This document shows, piece by piece, positions 47,296 to 56,181 of a stretch of 64,000 nucleotides of DNA (position 1 is the first letter of the stretch; each line of letters opens with the position of its first letter). The translations under genes and the position numbers were made by a program. The stretch is taken from the NCBI GenBank assembly GCA_965368085.1, contig CBDULP010000004.1, positions 25,401 to 89,400 on the forward strand, written 5' to 3'. Source of the DNA: an uncultured Peptoclostridium sp. (GTDB lineage: Bacteria; Bacillota; Clostridia; Peptostreptococcales; Peptostreptococcaceae). The notes below the pieces were generated by a model. It did no database searches. It was not told where the DNA came from and saw only the letters and a program-made list of their open reading frames with translations.

Positions 47296-47340
47296 CTGGG
47301 GGTCAAGGGGTCGCAGGTTCAAGTCCTGTCACTCCGACCA
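47296..47340 (+). repeat. attR core: displaced original 3' 45 nt of tRNA-Pro
   Basis: Identical to 25171-25215. No tRNA 5' half precedes it, so it is not a second tRNA gene. Confidence 0.9.
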
Positions 47341-47393
47341 AATACTTGAAACACTAACTTGTATAAATTTTAATCGTCCAAAATATCATCAAG

Positions 47394-47449
47394 CAGACCA
47401 TATGATTATTAGTGAAAAATCACTTAATCATGTGGTCTGTTTCATTTTT
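47394..47449 (+). terminator. Long-hairpin intrinsic terminator, probably the native tRNA-Pro terminator
   Basis: CAGACCATATGATTATTAGTGA / TCACTTAATCATGTGGTCTG forms a ~20-bp imperfect stem with an AAAA loop, followed by TTTCATTTTT. Confidence 0.65.
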
Positions 47450-47587
47450 ATGTCTTTCTATACTAAAAATTCCACCTGATGTAATAACGCCTTACAGGGG
47501 TATAAATTAACAGAACACATCAAAAACAATATACAAAATGCAGTTTATAAAATATATACAAATTCACTATTTCAGGCAGGTGGTAAT

Positions 47588-49816
47588 ATGGACTCCAAAT
47601 CAAAATACATAATTTCTTTAGACAAGGCCTTCGACCATCCTGTTCAAATGGTCGGAGGGAAAGTAAAAAATCTCTCCATATGCAAAAGAGAGGGCTTTAA
47701 TGTGCCCGAAGGCTTTTGCATAAGCACGCAGGGATATAAGTGGTTTTTGAATCACAATAATCTGTGTCATTTCATAGAAATGGAGATATTAAAAAAGCCG
47801 TTTGACGAAATGCGTTGGGAGGAGCTTTGGGACGCCGCGCTTAGGATACAGTCGGCTTTCACCAAGGCCGAAATACCCAAGAAGCTTGAAACCGATATAA
47901 TAAGCCAGCTGTCGAAATGGCCTGAAGAAACCGCATTTGCAATCCGCTCCTCTTCGCCGCTGGAGGACACAAAGGCGCATTCCTTTGCAGGCATACACGA
48001 GTCTTACATACATGTAAAAGGAACCCTCAATGTAATTGATAAAGTCAAGCTGGTGTGGGCCTCCCTTTGGAGCGACCGTTCACTGCTTTACAAGAAAGAG
48101 ATTTCACTCGATGTGCTAAAAAGCTCCATGGCTGTACTCATTCAGAAAATGGAATACAAGGACGTATCGGGACTTGCTTTTACCGCAAATCCCATATCAA
48201 ATGACACTACAATGATAATAGTCGAAGCCATAGAAGGGTCTTTGGACATGCTGGTAGACAACGTAAAGACGCCTGAACAAATTCGCATCAGCAAGATATC
48301 CGGAAATGCTCAGCTTGTTCAGTCTCCAATAGACGGAAGGCTTCTTAAAGATTCCGATATAGAATCGCTTAAGAAGCAGGTTGTTCATATCGAAAAACTG
48401 TTCAATGAACCCGTAGACATAGAATGGACAGGGCTTGGGGAAGAGTTCACAGTGCTGCAGGTTCGGCCAATCACTGGACTGGCTCAGGATTCCAATGAAG
48501 AACGGCAGTGGTATTTGACTTTGACTCCTAAAATGAAAAAATTGGTGAACCTAACCAAAAAGGTTGAGCGCGTACTGATTCCCCAGCTCATGCAAACATG
48601 TGAAAGATTTGCAGGGACATCCCCCGAGGGCCTCTCCAAAAAAGAGCTGGCCGAAGCTCTTAAAGACAGAGGCGAAAGCTACGATTACTGGAAAAAGGTC
48701 TATCAAAACGACTTCATTCCTTTTGCACACGGCATACGCCAGTTCGGGCTCTTTTACAATGAACTAATGCATCCCAAAGACCCATATGAGTTTATGCGTC
48801 TTCTGAAGGGAACCCCCCTTATGGCAGAAAGCCGAAACAGTGAAATGAGCATGCTTGCCAAGACTTTAAATCATATGACTTATTTGAAGCGAGTTCTGAA
48901 GAAAGCCGTCCGCTCTGGCATGAAAGGAGAGCGGCTTTTCGATGAACTTGTTAAAATCGGTCAAAAAGGGCCTGACGAGGAAGCTTTTGTAAGTGCATTT
49001 CTGAAGTTTTTGAAGAACAAAATGGATACACAATACCAAAATGTCAATCTTGACAGCGCCCCTGAAATCTCTCTGAATGTCATCATAAAACTGTCAGAAG
49101 TCACTGGAATTACAAAGCATGCGGACAATAAAGATATACAAAAATATATATCGCGATATTTCGAAAATGCTGGAAATGAAGGAAAAAAAGAAGCCGAGCA
49201 ATGGCTCCGGATAGGCAGGGTGAGCTGGCAGCTCCGTGACGACGACAACATTCTCCTGGGCAAGCTTGAAAACCAGCTGCTGGGCTTCATGCATGCAGCC
49301 ATTATCATGTTGAAAAAAGAAGGTCTTATAGAAGGCTCCTCCGCAGACTTTGCATTGGACGACTGGCTGCGTATATTTGAAGGCCTCAAAAACGAAAGAA
49401 AGGTTAATCCTAGTAAGAAGCGCTGTGCATCAAAAACCACCAGCGCATATATTGAAAGCCCCAGGCAGATTCAAATTATTGGACAACCATCTTCCCCCGG
49501 CATATATACAGGCATTGCCCGTGTGATCAACTCCATTAATGACTTTCAAAGCGTTAAAAACGGAGAGGTTCTTGTATTTGACGAAGTCCAGCCGCAGATG
49601 ACATTTATAATATCGCTGGCGGGTGCAATCGTTGAAAGAAGGGGCGGAATGCTGGTCCACAGCTCCATAATCGCAAGGGAGATGAACATACCCGCAGTCA
49701 ACGGCATACCGCATGCTACAAAGTGGATCAAAACGGGCGATATTGTCACCGTAAACGGAGACCTTGGAGTCGTGCTTCTAGGAAAGCCTGCCTTTGAAAA
49801 AGATTTGAAAATTTAG
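47588..49816 (+). CDS. PEP-utilising enzyme family protein (PPDK_N-type ATP-grasp N-terminus plus C-terminal phosphohistidine swivel domain)
   Basis: N-terminal VGGKVKNLSICKREGFNVPEGFCIS ... SSSPLEDT ... SFAGIHESY, and C-terminal GQPSSPGIYTGIARV ... GGMLVHSSIIAREMNIPAVNG (swivel His). Confidence 0.8.
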   Translation: MDSKSKYIISLDKAFDHPVQMVGGKVKNLSICKREGFNVPEGFCISTQGYKWFLNHNNLCHFIEMEILKKPFDEMRWEELWDAALRIQSAFTKAEIPKKLETDIISQLSKWPEETAFAIRSSSPLEDTKAHSFAGIHESYIHVKGTLNVIDKVKLVWASLWSDRSLLYKKEISLDVLKSSMAVLIQKMEYKDVSGLAFTANPISNDTTMIIVEAIEGSLDMLVDNVKTPEQIRISKISGNAQLVQSPIDGRLLKDSDIESLKKQVVHIEKLFNEPVDIEWTGLGEEFTVLQVRPITGLAQDSNEERQWYLTLTPKMKKLVNLTKKVERVLIPQLMQTCERFAGTSPEGLSKKELAEALKDRGESYDYWKKVYQNDFIPFAHGIRQFGLFYNELMHPKDPYEFMRLLKGTPLMAESRNSEMSMLAKTLNHMTYLKRVLKKAVRSGMKGERLFDELVKIGQKGPDEEAFVSAFLKFLKNKMDTQYQNVNLDSAPEISLNVIIKLSEVTGITKHADNKDIQKYISRYFENAGNEGKKEAEQWLRIGRVSWQLRDDDNILLGKLENQLLGFMHAAIIMLKKEGLIEGSSADFALDDWLRIFEGLKNERKVNPSKKRCASKTTSAYIESPRQIQIIGQPSSPGIYTGIARVINSINDFQSVKNGEVLVFDEVQPQMTFIISLAGAIVERRGGMLVHSSIIAREMNIPAVNGIPHATKWIKTGDIVTVNGDLGVVLLGKPAFEKDLKI

Positions 49817-49866
49817 CGCCATTTAAATTTTTTCCCATCCACACCTGTAATTCCAATGTATTTCAC

Positions 49867-49896
49867 GATATCCTAGTGTTTCACTAGGATATCTTT
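49867..49896 (+). terminator. Intrinsic terminator after the PEP-utilising enzyme gene
   Basis: Perfect 12-bp stem GATATCCTAGTG / CACTAGGATATC with loop TTT, followed by TTT. Confidence 0.6.
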
Positions 49897-49982
49897 CGAA
49901 AAAAGTATTGCTTTTTTTTACGTTATGAATTATCCTAAGTTTAACGACGAATATTGTCGAATAAAAGTGAGGAGGAAATGGT

Positions 49983-50090
49983 ATGGCTAGTTTAAATAAC
50001 TCATATGTAAATAAAATTAAAAATGCTGTTTCTAATTCATGCTGTTGCTGCTGTTGTTTTGTGATCCACAAAAAAATAGCAGTTACTTAG
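49983..50090 (+). CDS. 35-codon upstream ORF with six consecutive Cys codons (candidate cysteine-sensing leader peptide)
   Basis: GAGGAGGA (49969-49976) lies 6 nt before ATG 49983. Translation is MASLNNSYVNKIKNAVSNSCCCCCCFVIHKKIAVT-stop. The Cys codons TGC TGT TGC TGC TGT TGT occupy 50040-50057. The ORF is below the track's length cutoff. Confidence 0.6.
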   Translation: MASLNNSYVNKIKNAVSNSCCCCCCFVIHKKIAVT

Positions 50091-50143
50091 CGTGCAATTT
50101 ACACTTTTGTCAAAATGAATTTAAAAGGGCAAATGCCCTGTTT

Positions 50144-50185
50144 GAGGAGAAGGTAAACTTACACCTTCTCCTTTTTTGTGTTTTT
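50144..50185 (+). terminator. Intrinsic terminator between the Cys-rich uORF and the transporter operon (attenuator candidate)
   Basis: Stem GGAGAAGGT (50146-50154) / ACCTTCTCC (50163-50171), 8-nt loop, then TTTTTTGTGTTTTT. It lies about 55 nt upstream of the SBP gene RBS. Confidence 0.75.
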
Positions 50186-50255
50186 GAAAAACCCGGGACT
50201 CTAAAATACAAAAACATTCTAAAATATTAGTTTGAAAAATCAGGAGGAGAATATA

Positions 50256-51044
50256 ATGAAAAAAGGAATTATCGGACTATTGGTATTTACACTTATTGCA
50301 GGTGCTCTAATGTTTGCAGGAGGAAACTCCGGAGTAAGCGAGAATACAGATGATGTTGTAATAGTTGGGATGAGCGGAGGATACAAACCGTACACATTCA
50401 GTGATGAAAATGGCAATTTGACTGGATTTGAAGTCGATACGTGGAATGAAATAGGAAAGAGAATAGGAAAGGACATTGAATTTCAAACTGCCGAGTTCAG
50501 CGGCCTTTTCGGGCTGTTAGACTCCGGAAAAATAGACACTATATCCAATCAGATAACAGTAAATGAGAAAAGACTTGAAAAATACGACTTTTCGAACCCT
50601 TACGTATACTATGGAGCTCAACTTGTCGTGAGGTCTTCAGACTCCGAAACCACAGACCTCGAATCGCTCTACGGCAAAAAAGTTGGGGTAAGCCTTGGCT
50701 CTAACTACGAAGAAATGGTAAAAAGTTTTGACAGTGAAGAAAAAATCGAAGTCATAACATATGAAAGCTACCAGGCGTCACTCCAGGACGTATCTCTTGG
50801 AAGAATAGACGCCGTGCTTAACGACAAGCTTGCCGGAATGATTGCAATAGAAGAATCCGGCCTTGACCTTAAACTCGGCGGAGAGCCTGTAGAAATGATG
50901 TTTAACGCATTTCCTTTCAAAAAATCTGATGAAAACAAAGCCCTCATAGCTGAAATAAACGCAGCCATTGACGACATGTACGCCGATGGGACATTTAACG
51001 AAATTTCACTCAAATGGTTCCCTGTTGACATAACAAGAAAATAG
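50256..51044 (+). CDS. Polar amino-acid ABC transporter substrate-binding protein (family 3; cystine/cysteine-type suspected)
   Basis: Start at ATG 50256 after AGGAGGAG; the track starts at 50232. Signal sequence, then VVIVGMSGGYKPYTFSDENGNLTGFEVD ... GKIDTISNQITVNEKR ... GRIDAVLNDK is typical SBP_bac_3. Confidence 0.85.
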   Translation: MKKGIIGLLVFTLIAGALMFAGGNSGVSENTDDVVIVGMSGGYKPYTFSDENGNLTGFEVDTWNEIGKRIGKDIEFQTAEFSGLFGLLDSGKIDTISNQITVNEKRLEKYDFSNPYVYYGAQLVVRSSDSETTDLESLYGKKVGVSLGSNYEEMVKSFDSEEKIEVITYESYQASLQDVSLGRIDAVLNDKLAGMIAIEESGLDLKLGGEPVEMMFNAFPFKKSDENKALIAEINAAIDDMYADGTFNEISLKWFPVDITRK

Positions 51045-51052
51045 GAGGAATC

Positions 51053-51727
51053 ATGGCTGGATTTGATGTAAACTACTTTATGCGGGTATTCCCAATAATA
51101 ATCAGGGCTCTTCCCATTACAATTTCAATAAGCATTTTTGCAATGGCCATAGGGCTTGCCCTTGGAGTTGCAGTTACATTTTTAAGGCGTACTCAGTTTG
51201 ACATTCTAAACAAGGCGTTCGACGCATATGTTTCATTCTTCAGGGGAACACCGCTCATGGTGCAGCTGTTCATATTTTTCTTCGGCCTTCCCCAAATATT
51301 GCCTTTGCTCTCAAAGGTCAATGCTTACTACGCCGCAGTGATAGTGCTGTCCATAAACGCCAGCGCATATATCTCCGAAGTAGTCAAGGCAACTATAGAT
51401 GCGGTTGACAAGGGCCAGCTTGAGGCGGCCCTTTCAGTGGGAATGAGCAAGTTCCAGGCCATGGAAAGGGTTGTTCTTCCCCAGGCGTTCAAAATCGCAG
51501 TGCTTCCACTCGGAAACACATTCATAAGCCTTATACAGGGGACTGCCATCACATTCATGCTGGGCCTCAAGGACATAATGGGCATATCCAAAGTGAACGC
51601 TGCAGCCTCATACAGATTCCTCGAGTCGTTCCTGGCTGTTGGAATAATATACTGGATAATCACTTTGGTGGTCACACGCATAAATATTGCAATTGAAACC
51701 AAACTAAGCAAGGATGGTGCATTATAA
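51053..51727 (+). CDS. Amino-acid ABC transporter permease (HisMQ family)
   Basis: [18 protein letters not shown] and the EAA-type loop [23 protein letters not shown]. Confidence 0.9.
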   Translation: MAGFDVNYFMRVFPIIIRALPITISISIFAMAIGLALGVAVTFLRRTQFDILNKAFDAYVSFFRGTPLMVQLFIFFFGLPQILPLLSKVNAYYAAVIVLSINASAYISEVVKATIDAVDKGQLEAALSVGMSKFQAMERVVLPQAFKIAVLPLGNTFISLIQGTAITFMLGLKDIMGISKVNAAASYRFLESFLAVGIIYWIITLVVTRINIAIETKLSKDGAL

Positions 51728-52461
51728 TGCTTGAACTTATAAACGTCAAAAAGTCTTTCGGTAAAAACGAAGTGTTAAAAGGCATTGACCTTAAATTGGA
51801 AAAAGGCGAGATACTATCAATAATAGGCTCTTCAGGCTCCGGAAAATCTACGCTTTTAAGACTCGTGAACTTTTTGGAACAGGCCGATGGGGGCCGCATG
51901 GTAATCAACGGCTCTGAATACGACATGAAATCCGTAAGCGACAAGGACAAGAGAAGCATAAGAAAAACCGCCTCAATGGTATTTCAAAATTACAATCTAT
52001 TCAAGAACAAGACAGCGCTTGAAAACATAACAGAAGGGCTCATATTAAGCGGCACAGAAAAGAAATCTGCTGAAAAAACCGGGCTTGAACTGCTTGAGAA
52101 AATAGGGCTTTCGGACAAGGCCGGCAGCTATCCATCACAGCTTTCCGGCGGCCAGCAGCAAAGGGTCGGCATAGCAAGGGCAATGGCCCTAATGCCAGAC
52201 ATTATACTGTTTGACGAACCTACATCCGCCCTTGACCCCGAACTTGTAGGTGAAGTCCTCGATGTTATAAAGTCGCTTTCAAAAGAGGACATATCAATGA
52301 TAATAGTCACCCATGAAATGGAGTTTGCAAGGGAAATATCAGATAGGGTGATATTCATGGATGGTGGTGTTATCGCCGACGAAGGCTCTCCCGATTATAT
52401 ATTCGGCCAGTCTGATAATTTCAGGCTGAGATCGTTTATAAAAAGGTATGCCACGATCTGA
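51727..52461 (+). CDS. Amino-acid ABC transporter ATP-binding protein
   Basis: Walker [10 protein letters not shown], signature LSGGQQQRV, Walker [12 protein letters not shown]. Confidence 0.92.
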   Translation: MLELINVKKSFGKNEVLKGIDLKLEKGEILSIIGSSGSGKSTLLRLVNFLEQADGGRMVINGSEYDMKSVSDKDKRSIRKTASMVFQNYNLFKNKTALENITEGLILSGTEKKSAEKTGLELLEKIGLSDKAGSYPSQLSGGQQQRVGIARAMALMPDIILFDEPTSALDPELVGEVLDVIKSLSKEDISMIIVTHEMEFAREISDRVIFMDGGVIADEGSPDYIFGQSDNFRLRSFIKRYATI

Positions 52462-52482
52462 TAAAAAATAATTTGGAGCTGT

Positions 52483-52515
52483 AAAATCCACCTGATGAAT
52501 GTCAGGTGGATTTTT
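52483..52515. terminator. Bidirectional intrinsic terminator between convergent genes
   Basis: Stem ATCCACCTGA / TCAGGTGGAT, 6-nt loop, flanked by AAAA and TTTTT. Confidence 0.75.
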
Positions 52516-52559
52516 AATAACAGTGTTAATTTATAGTGTTATTCACCGCCGCCGTGGCC

Positions 52560-53552
52560 TTAATGGCTGTCGTCATGAAAATGTTCATCTTCAGAATGGT
52601 GAGGCTCTCCGCCTATCGGTGAGTAATCGACTATGTTATTTTCAGAAAGGTTAATCACTTTCAGCTGTGTGTATATCCCTGCCAAAGGCTCCACGCTCAT
52701 AATGCTGTTGTGGGCTACATTGAAAAATGTCAGGTTCATCAAACCGCTCATGTCAGGAAGCTCTTTTATGTCGTTGTGAGCCAAATTCAAGCGGGTGAGC
52801 TCCCTCATTCCAGATATGGCCTCAACGCTTTCTATATTGTTGTATGCAAAGTTTAAGTCCGTAATGTTTTTCAGATCTTCCAGAGCATTTATATTTGATA
52901 TATTATTGTGTGCAAGGTTTAATTCTGTAATGTGAACAAGCTCTTTCAGAGGCTCTGTGTCATATATGGAATTATGGGCAAGCTTCAATTCGCTGATCTT
53001 TTCCAGTCCTGCCAATGCACTAATGTCCGTTATATTATTGTGTGAAAGCCTTAGTTCTTTTAAATCCGTAAGTCCAGAAAGACCTGCAATGTTGCTTATT
53101 TCATTCCCGCATGCCACCAGTGACTTTAATTCACCCAAGTCTTTAAGCTGACTGATGTCATTTACCTTGTTCCCATAAATATCAAGGCTTTTTAAATTCT
53201 TAAAATACTCTATTCCGCTCAAATTTCCTATGCCTTTTTCTTCTCTTAGCGCTTGTTCTTCCTCATTCAAGCCATATTCGCCGTCACTGCCTTGTTCATC
53301 CCTTTTCAAATCGACATCCAAACTTAGATCCAGATTGGTAACTTTCTCAACATCGCTCGGATATATTTCCTCATTTTCTCCAATGCCCAGCTCCGCTTTT
53401 ACAGCTTGTTTAAAGTTTTCATCTTCAAAAGCTGAAGTTATAGGTTCTTCAATTTTATCTTTCCCCGCATGCGCAATTTGCATTTGTGGGCCCGATGCTA
53501 CCAGCAAGGATACAATCGCAATAACCATAATCCGCACTATATTTCCCCTCAT
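52560..53552 (-). CDS. Secreted leucine-rich-repeat (internalin-like LRR) protein with His/acidic C-terminal tail
   Basis: Signal peptide, then about nine 22-residue repeats of the form LxxLxxLxLxxNxIxDIxxLxx. The C-terminus is GGEPHHSEDEHFHDDSH. No LPXTG or other anchor is seen. Confidence 0.85.
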   Translation of the reverse strand: MRGNIVRIMVIAIVSLLVASGPQMQIAHAGKDKIEEPITSAFEDENFKQAVKAELGIGENEEIYPSDVEKVTNLDLSLDVDLKRDEQGSDGEYGLNEEEQALREEKGIGNLSGIEYFKNLKSLDIYGNKVNDISQLKDLGELKSLVACGNEISNIAGLSGLTDLKELRLSHNNITDISALAGLEKISELKLAHNSIYDTEPLKELVHITELNLAHNNISNINALEDLKNITDLNFAYNNIESVEAISGMRELTRLNLAHNDIKELPDMSGLMNLTFFNVAHNSIMSVEPLAGIYTQLKVINLSENNIVDYSPIGGEPHHSEDEHFHDDSH

Positions 53553-53590
53553 AATATACGCCTCCTAATTCCTCAAGTTACATAATAAAC

Positions 53591-53708
53591 AAAAAAAAAG
53601 TCCGGCTGCCACAGATAGTTTGGCAGCCAGACCGTCATAATGTGTAATATGCATCTTAGACTCTTGGCTTTGCGTCCTTGTCTTTTGACAAGTTTGCCCT
53701 TTAACTTA
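53591..53708 (-). promoter_or_regulatory. c-di-GMP-I (GEMM-I) riboswitch with terminator expression platform
   Basis: The minus strand reads AAAGGGCAAAC-TTGTC-AAAA-GACAA-GGACGCAAAGCC-AAGAGTC...GACGGTCTGGCTGCC. GGCAAAC and GACGCAAAGCC are the two conserved GEMM-I blocks, and the 3' part resembles GACAGCCAGGTTGCC of clostridial examples. It is followed by terminator GGCTGCCA-N9-TGGCAGCC plus a T9 tract, and the terminator 5' arm overlaps the aptamer 3' strand. The leader sits between the DUF1846 stop and the LRR gene RBS. Confidence 0.7.
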
Positions 53709-53842
53709 TTATTATATTTTAATATTACCCAGACTGATTTGCAGAATATCAGGAAGTTTTGTCGAATTATGTCTTTACGCCATTTTTTCACAAAACCCTT
53801 GCTGTAATATTGGTCATATCTCTAAATTCCGCCTATATTCAT

Positions 53843-53871
53843 TTGACTCCATCCAGTTTTCATGGTATAAT
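53843..53871 (+). promoter_or_regulatory. Consensus-like extended -10 promoter with no obvious downstream gene
   Basis: TTGACT, 17-nt spacer ending in TGG, then TATAAT (TGnTATAAT). It points toward, and antisense into, the 3' end of the DUF1846 gene. Confidence 0.3.
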
Positions 53872-54145
53872 GCACATTCACTACAATTTTACAAAGAGGG
53901 GGTGCTCACCATTAAAAATAAACATAATGCACTGCGTGTTTTCATAGCCACATTGTCTGCCATGTCATATTATCTTATCAATATAATATAATAATTCATA
54001 TCTTTGAAACTCCAGTTATAATGTTCGTTATATCTGGAATACCCGGCTTATTTTTTACAAAAATAAAAACCCGCACGTCCATAGAGAATATTTTTCCCAA
54101 TAAACATGCAGATTTTTACAAGTCAATATTTTTTATTTATTAATT

Positions 54146-55648
54146 TTAGTAGTAAAGTCTTTCTGATGGATATTCAGGGTCGCAAGTCACGTCCATTCCA
54201 AGCCTCATGAACGTCTGCTCGTCGTTAGTGCTTAATATTGTAGTCGAGTGAACCTGGCATCCTTTAAACATCGCAAGCTTTTCCATAGCAACCTCTGCCA
54301 TAGGGTTTGTAGCTGCACTTATGCTAAGAGCTATCAGTATCTCTTCACAATTCAAAGCTGTTATGCTGCTTCCAAGAGTCTTTTCCTTAAGGTTTATTAT
54401 AGGTTCAAGTATAACAGGTGAAATCAAATGGATTTCGTCATCCATGTTTGAAAGATGCTTTATTGCATTTAGTATTACCGCAGCTGCCGCATCCATTGTA
54501 GCCGATCCCTTACCAGTAAGGATTGTTCCGTCGCTAAGCTCAAGTGCTACCGCTGTGCACTGCTCTTTTTCAGAAAGTTCTTCCTTAAGTCTTGCAGCCC
54601 TTTCTCTTGCAGGTACAATAACTTTTCTGTCCTCAGGCTTGAGGTTAAGCTCTTCCATTATAAGTCTAGCCCTTTGGTAAGTTTCAAGGTCTACATAACC
54701 TTTTTTGTACTCGCATCCAGTTTTGAAGTATCTTCTTATTATTTCCTGTCTCGATGCCTCTTTTACAACTTCGTCGTCAATTATTCCAAAACCTACACGG
54801 TTTACTCCCATGTCCGTAGGCGACTTATAAACCGCTTCCTCTCCTGTTATCTTCTCTATTATTCTCTTTAGAACAGGGAAAGTCTCTATGTCTCTGTTGT
54901 AGTTTACAGCCACTTCATTATATGCATCGAAATGGAATGAGTCTATCATGTTTACGTCCTTAAGGTCAACAGTTGCCGACTCATATGCTATGTTAAGCGG
55001 GTGCTTCAGCGGAACATTCCATACCGGGAATGTCTCGAACTTCGAGTATCCCGCAACTTTTCCGTTCTTGTGCTCATGGTAAAGCTGGCTTAGGCATGTA
55101 GCAAGCTTTCCGCTTCCAGGTCCAGGAGCTGTGACAACCACTATAGGCTTTGTAGTCTCTATATACGGGTTCTTTCCATATCCTTCGTCGCTTACTATGG
55201 TATCCACGTCTGTAGGATATCCTTTTGTAGCGCTGTGAGTATATACCTTTATGCCCCTTCTTTCAAGCTTGTTCATAAATATTGTAGCCGCAGGCTGATT
55301 TGCATATCTAGTTATGACAACGCTATTTACGTCAAGCTCATATGCTCTCAAGTCATCAATAAGTCTTAAAACATCCATGTCATAAGTTATTCCAAAGTCT
55401 CCACGGATTTTGTTTCTTTCGATGTCTCCTGCATAAACGCAGATTACAACTTCCACTTTTTCCTTAAGCTTATGAAGAAGCTTTATCTTTGCATTTTCGT
55501 CAAAACCTGGAAGCACTCTCTTTGCGTGCATGTCAAACAGAAGTTTTCCTCCGAACTCCAAATATAGCTTGTCGTAGTTATTAACTCTCTCAAGTATGAA
55601 CTTTGACTGCTCTTCTAAATATTTCTGTGGATCAAAACCTATTTTCAT
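54146..55648 (-). CDS. DUF1846 (UPF0371) family protein
   Basis: [22 protein letters not shown] is the N-terminus typical of UPF0371, and the ~500-aa length fits. Start at ATG 55648 after GTGAGG; the track starts at 55660. Confidence 0.75.
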   Translation of the reverse strand: MKIGFDPQKYLEEQSKFILERVNNYDKLYLEFGGKLLFDMHAKRVLPGFDENAKIKLLHKLKEKVEVVICVYAGDIERNKIRGDFGITYDMDVLRLIDDLRAYELDVNSVVITRYANQPAATIFMNKLERRGIKVYTHSATKGYPTDVDTIVSDEGYGKNPYIETTKPIVVVTAPGPGSGKLATCLSQLYHEHKNGKVAGYSKFETFPVWNVPLKHPLNIAYESATVDLKDVNMIDSFHFDAYNEVAVNYNRDIETFPVLKRIIEKITGEEAVYKSPTDMGVNRVGFGIIDDEVVKEASRQEIIRRYFKTGCEYKKGYVDLETYQRARLIMEELNLKPEDRKVIVPARERAARLKEELSEKEQCTAVALELSDGTILTGKGSATMDAAAAVILNAIKHLSNMDDEIHLISPVILEPIINLKEKTLGSSITALNCEEILIALSISAATNPMAEVAMEKLAMFKGCQVHSTTILSTNDEQTFMRLGMDVTCDPEYPSERLYY

Positions 55649-56181
55649 AATCAACCTCACTATCCTTAATCATTAATTATTCTCCGTAATGTTTCTCCGC
55701 AATTATTCTCCGTTGACTATTTTACCACAAATCGAATTTATTATAATAAAAAACCAGAATATTTTTGTTTTTTTTCTTGAACAAAATAAATCTGGATAAA
55801 AACAGCCGCGTTTAGCTGCCTTTATATCTCATACTATTCCTTTTTAAGCTTCAATGCGCTTATTCTGCTCTTCATAACCATTGACTCGTCTTCATATTTC
55901 ATCTCCCTGGTGTGCCTTCAAGCGAATATCCCTTTCAATTGTAATATCTTCAATTATCTGATTAATCATATTTTTAAAATACCCACCTGCACTCAAAAGC
56001 AACAGACATTCATAATAAACAATAATTTAAATATGTATTCATTTTATATTTGGGGCTCGTTTTATAGCGTGCCATGTCTTATAATTGATTACAGGGAGCA
56101 ATACATATTGCAATTCCGCATGAATTTATATTTTCATTTATAAATATTCTTCACAAGTTCTGCACGAAATTCGGAAGGAGT

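Noticed and set aside
47296-47340. Possibility that the second 45-nt copy marks a second tRNA-Pro gene or a tandem tRNA duplication.
   Set aside because: The 45 nt upstream (47251-47295) have no similarity to the tRNA 5' half, and no acceptor or D-arm can be formed. It is an att-site remnant.
49823-50230. ORFs 49823-50071 (-, contains QQQQQ) and 50039-50230 (+, contains LLLLL).
   Set aside because: The poly-Q and poly-L runs are the other-frame and other-strand readouts of the TGC/TGT run. Neither ORF has an RBS. The 35-codon Cys frame has a strong RBS at correct spacing.
49897-50255. T-box, S-box (SAM) or other known riboswitch upstream of the amino-acid transporter.
   Set aside because: I could not find the T-box consensus (AAnnnGGGTGGTACCGCG-like), a specifier-loop architecture, or the SAM-I four-way-junction signature. 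A covariance-model scan would be needed for certainty.
53573-53791. 72-aa minus-strand ORF (MKKWRKDIIRQNF...).
   Set aside because: It overlaps the GEMM-I aptamer and its terminator. It is Lys-rich and low-complexity, and the region is better explained as an RNA leader.
55850-56000. Short minus-strand ORF MINQIIEDITIERDIRLKAHQGDEI and an adjacent out-of-frame continuation; considered as a frameshifted Spo0E-like or small regulatory gene.
   Set aside because: It is too short, has no convincing RBS, and its resemblance to any family is vague. It cannot be supported from sequence alone.
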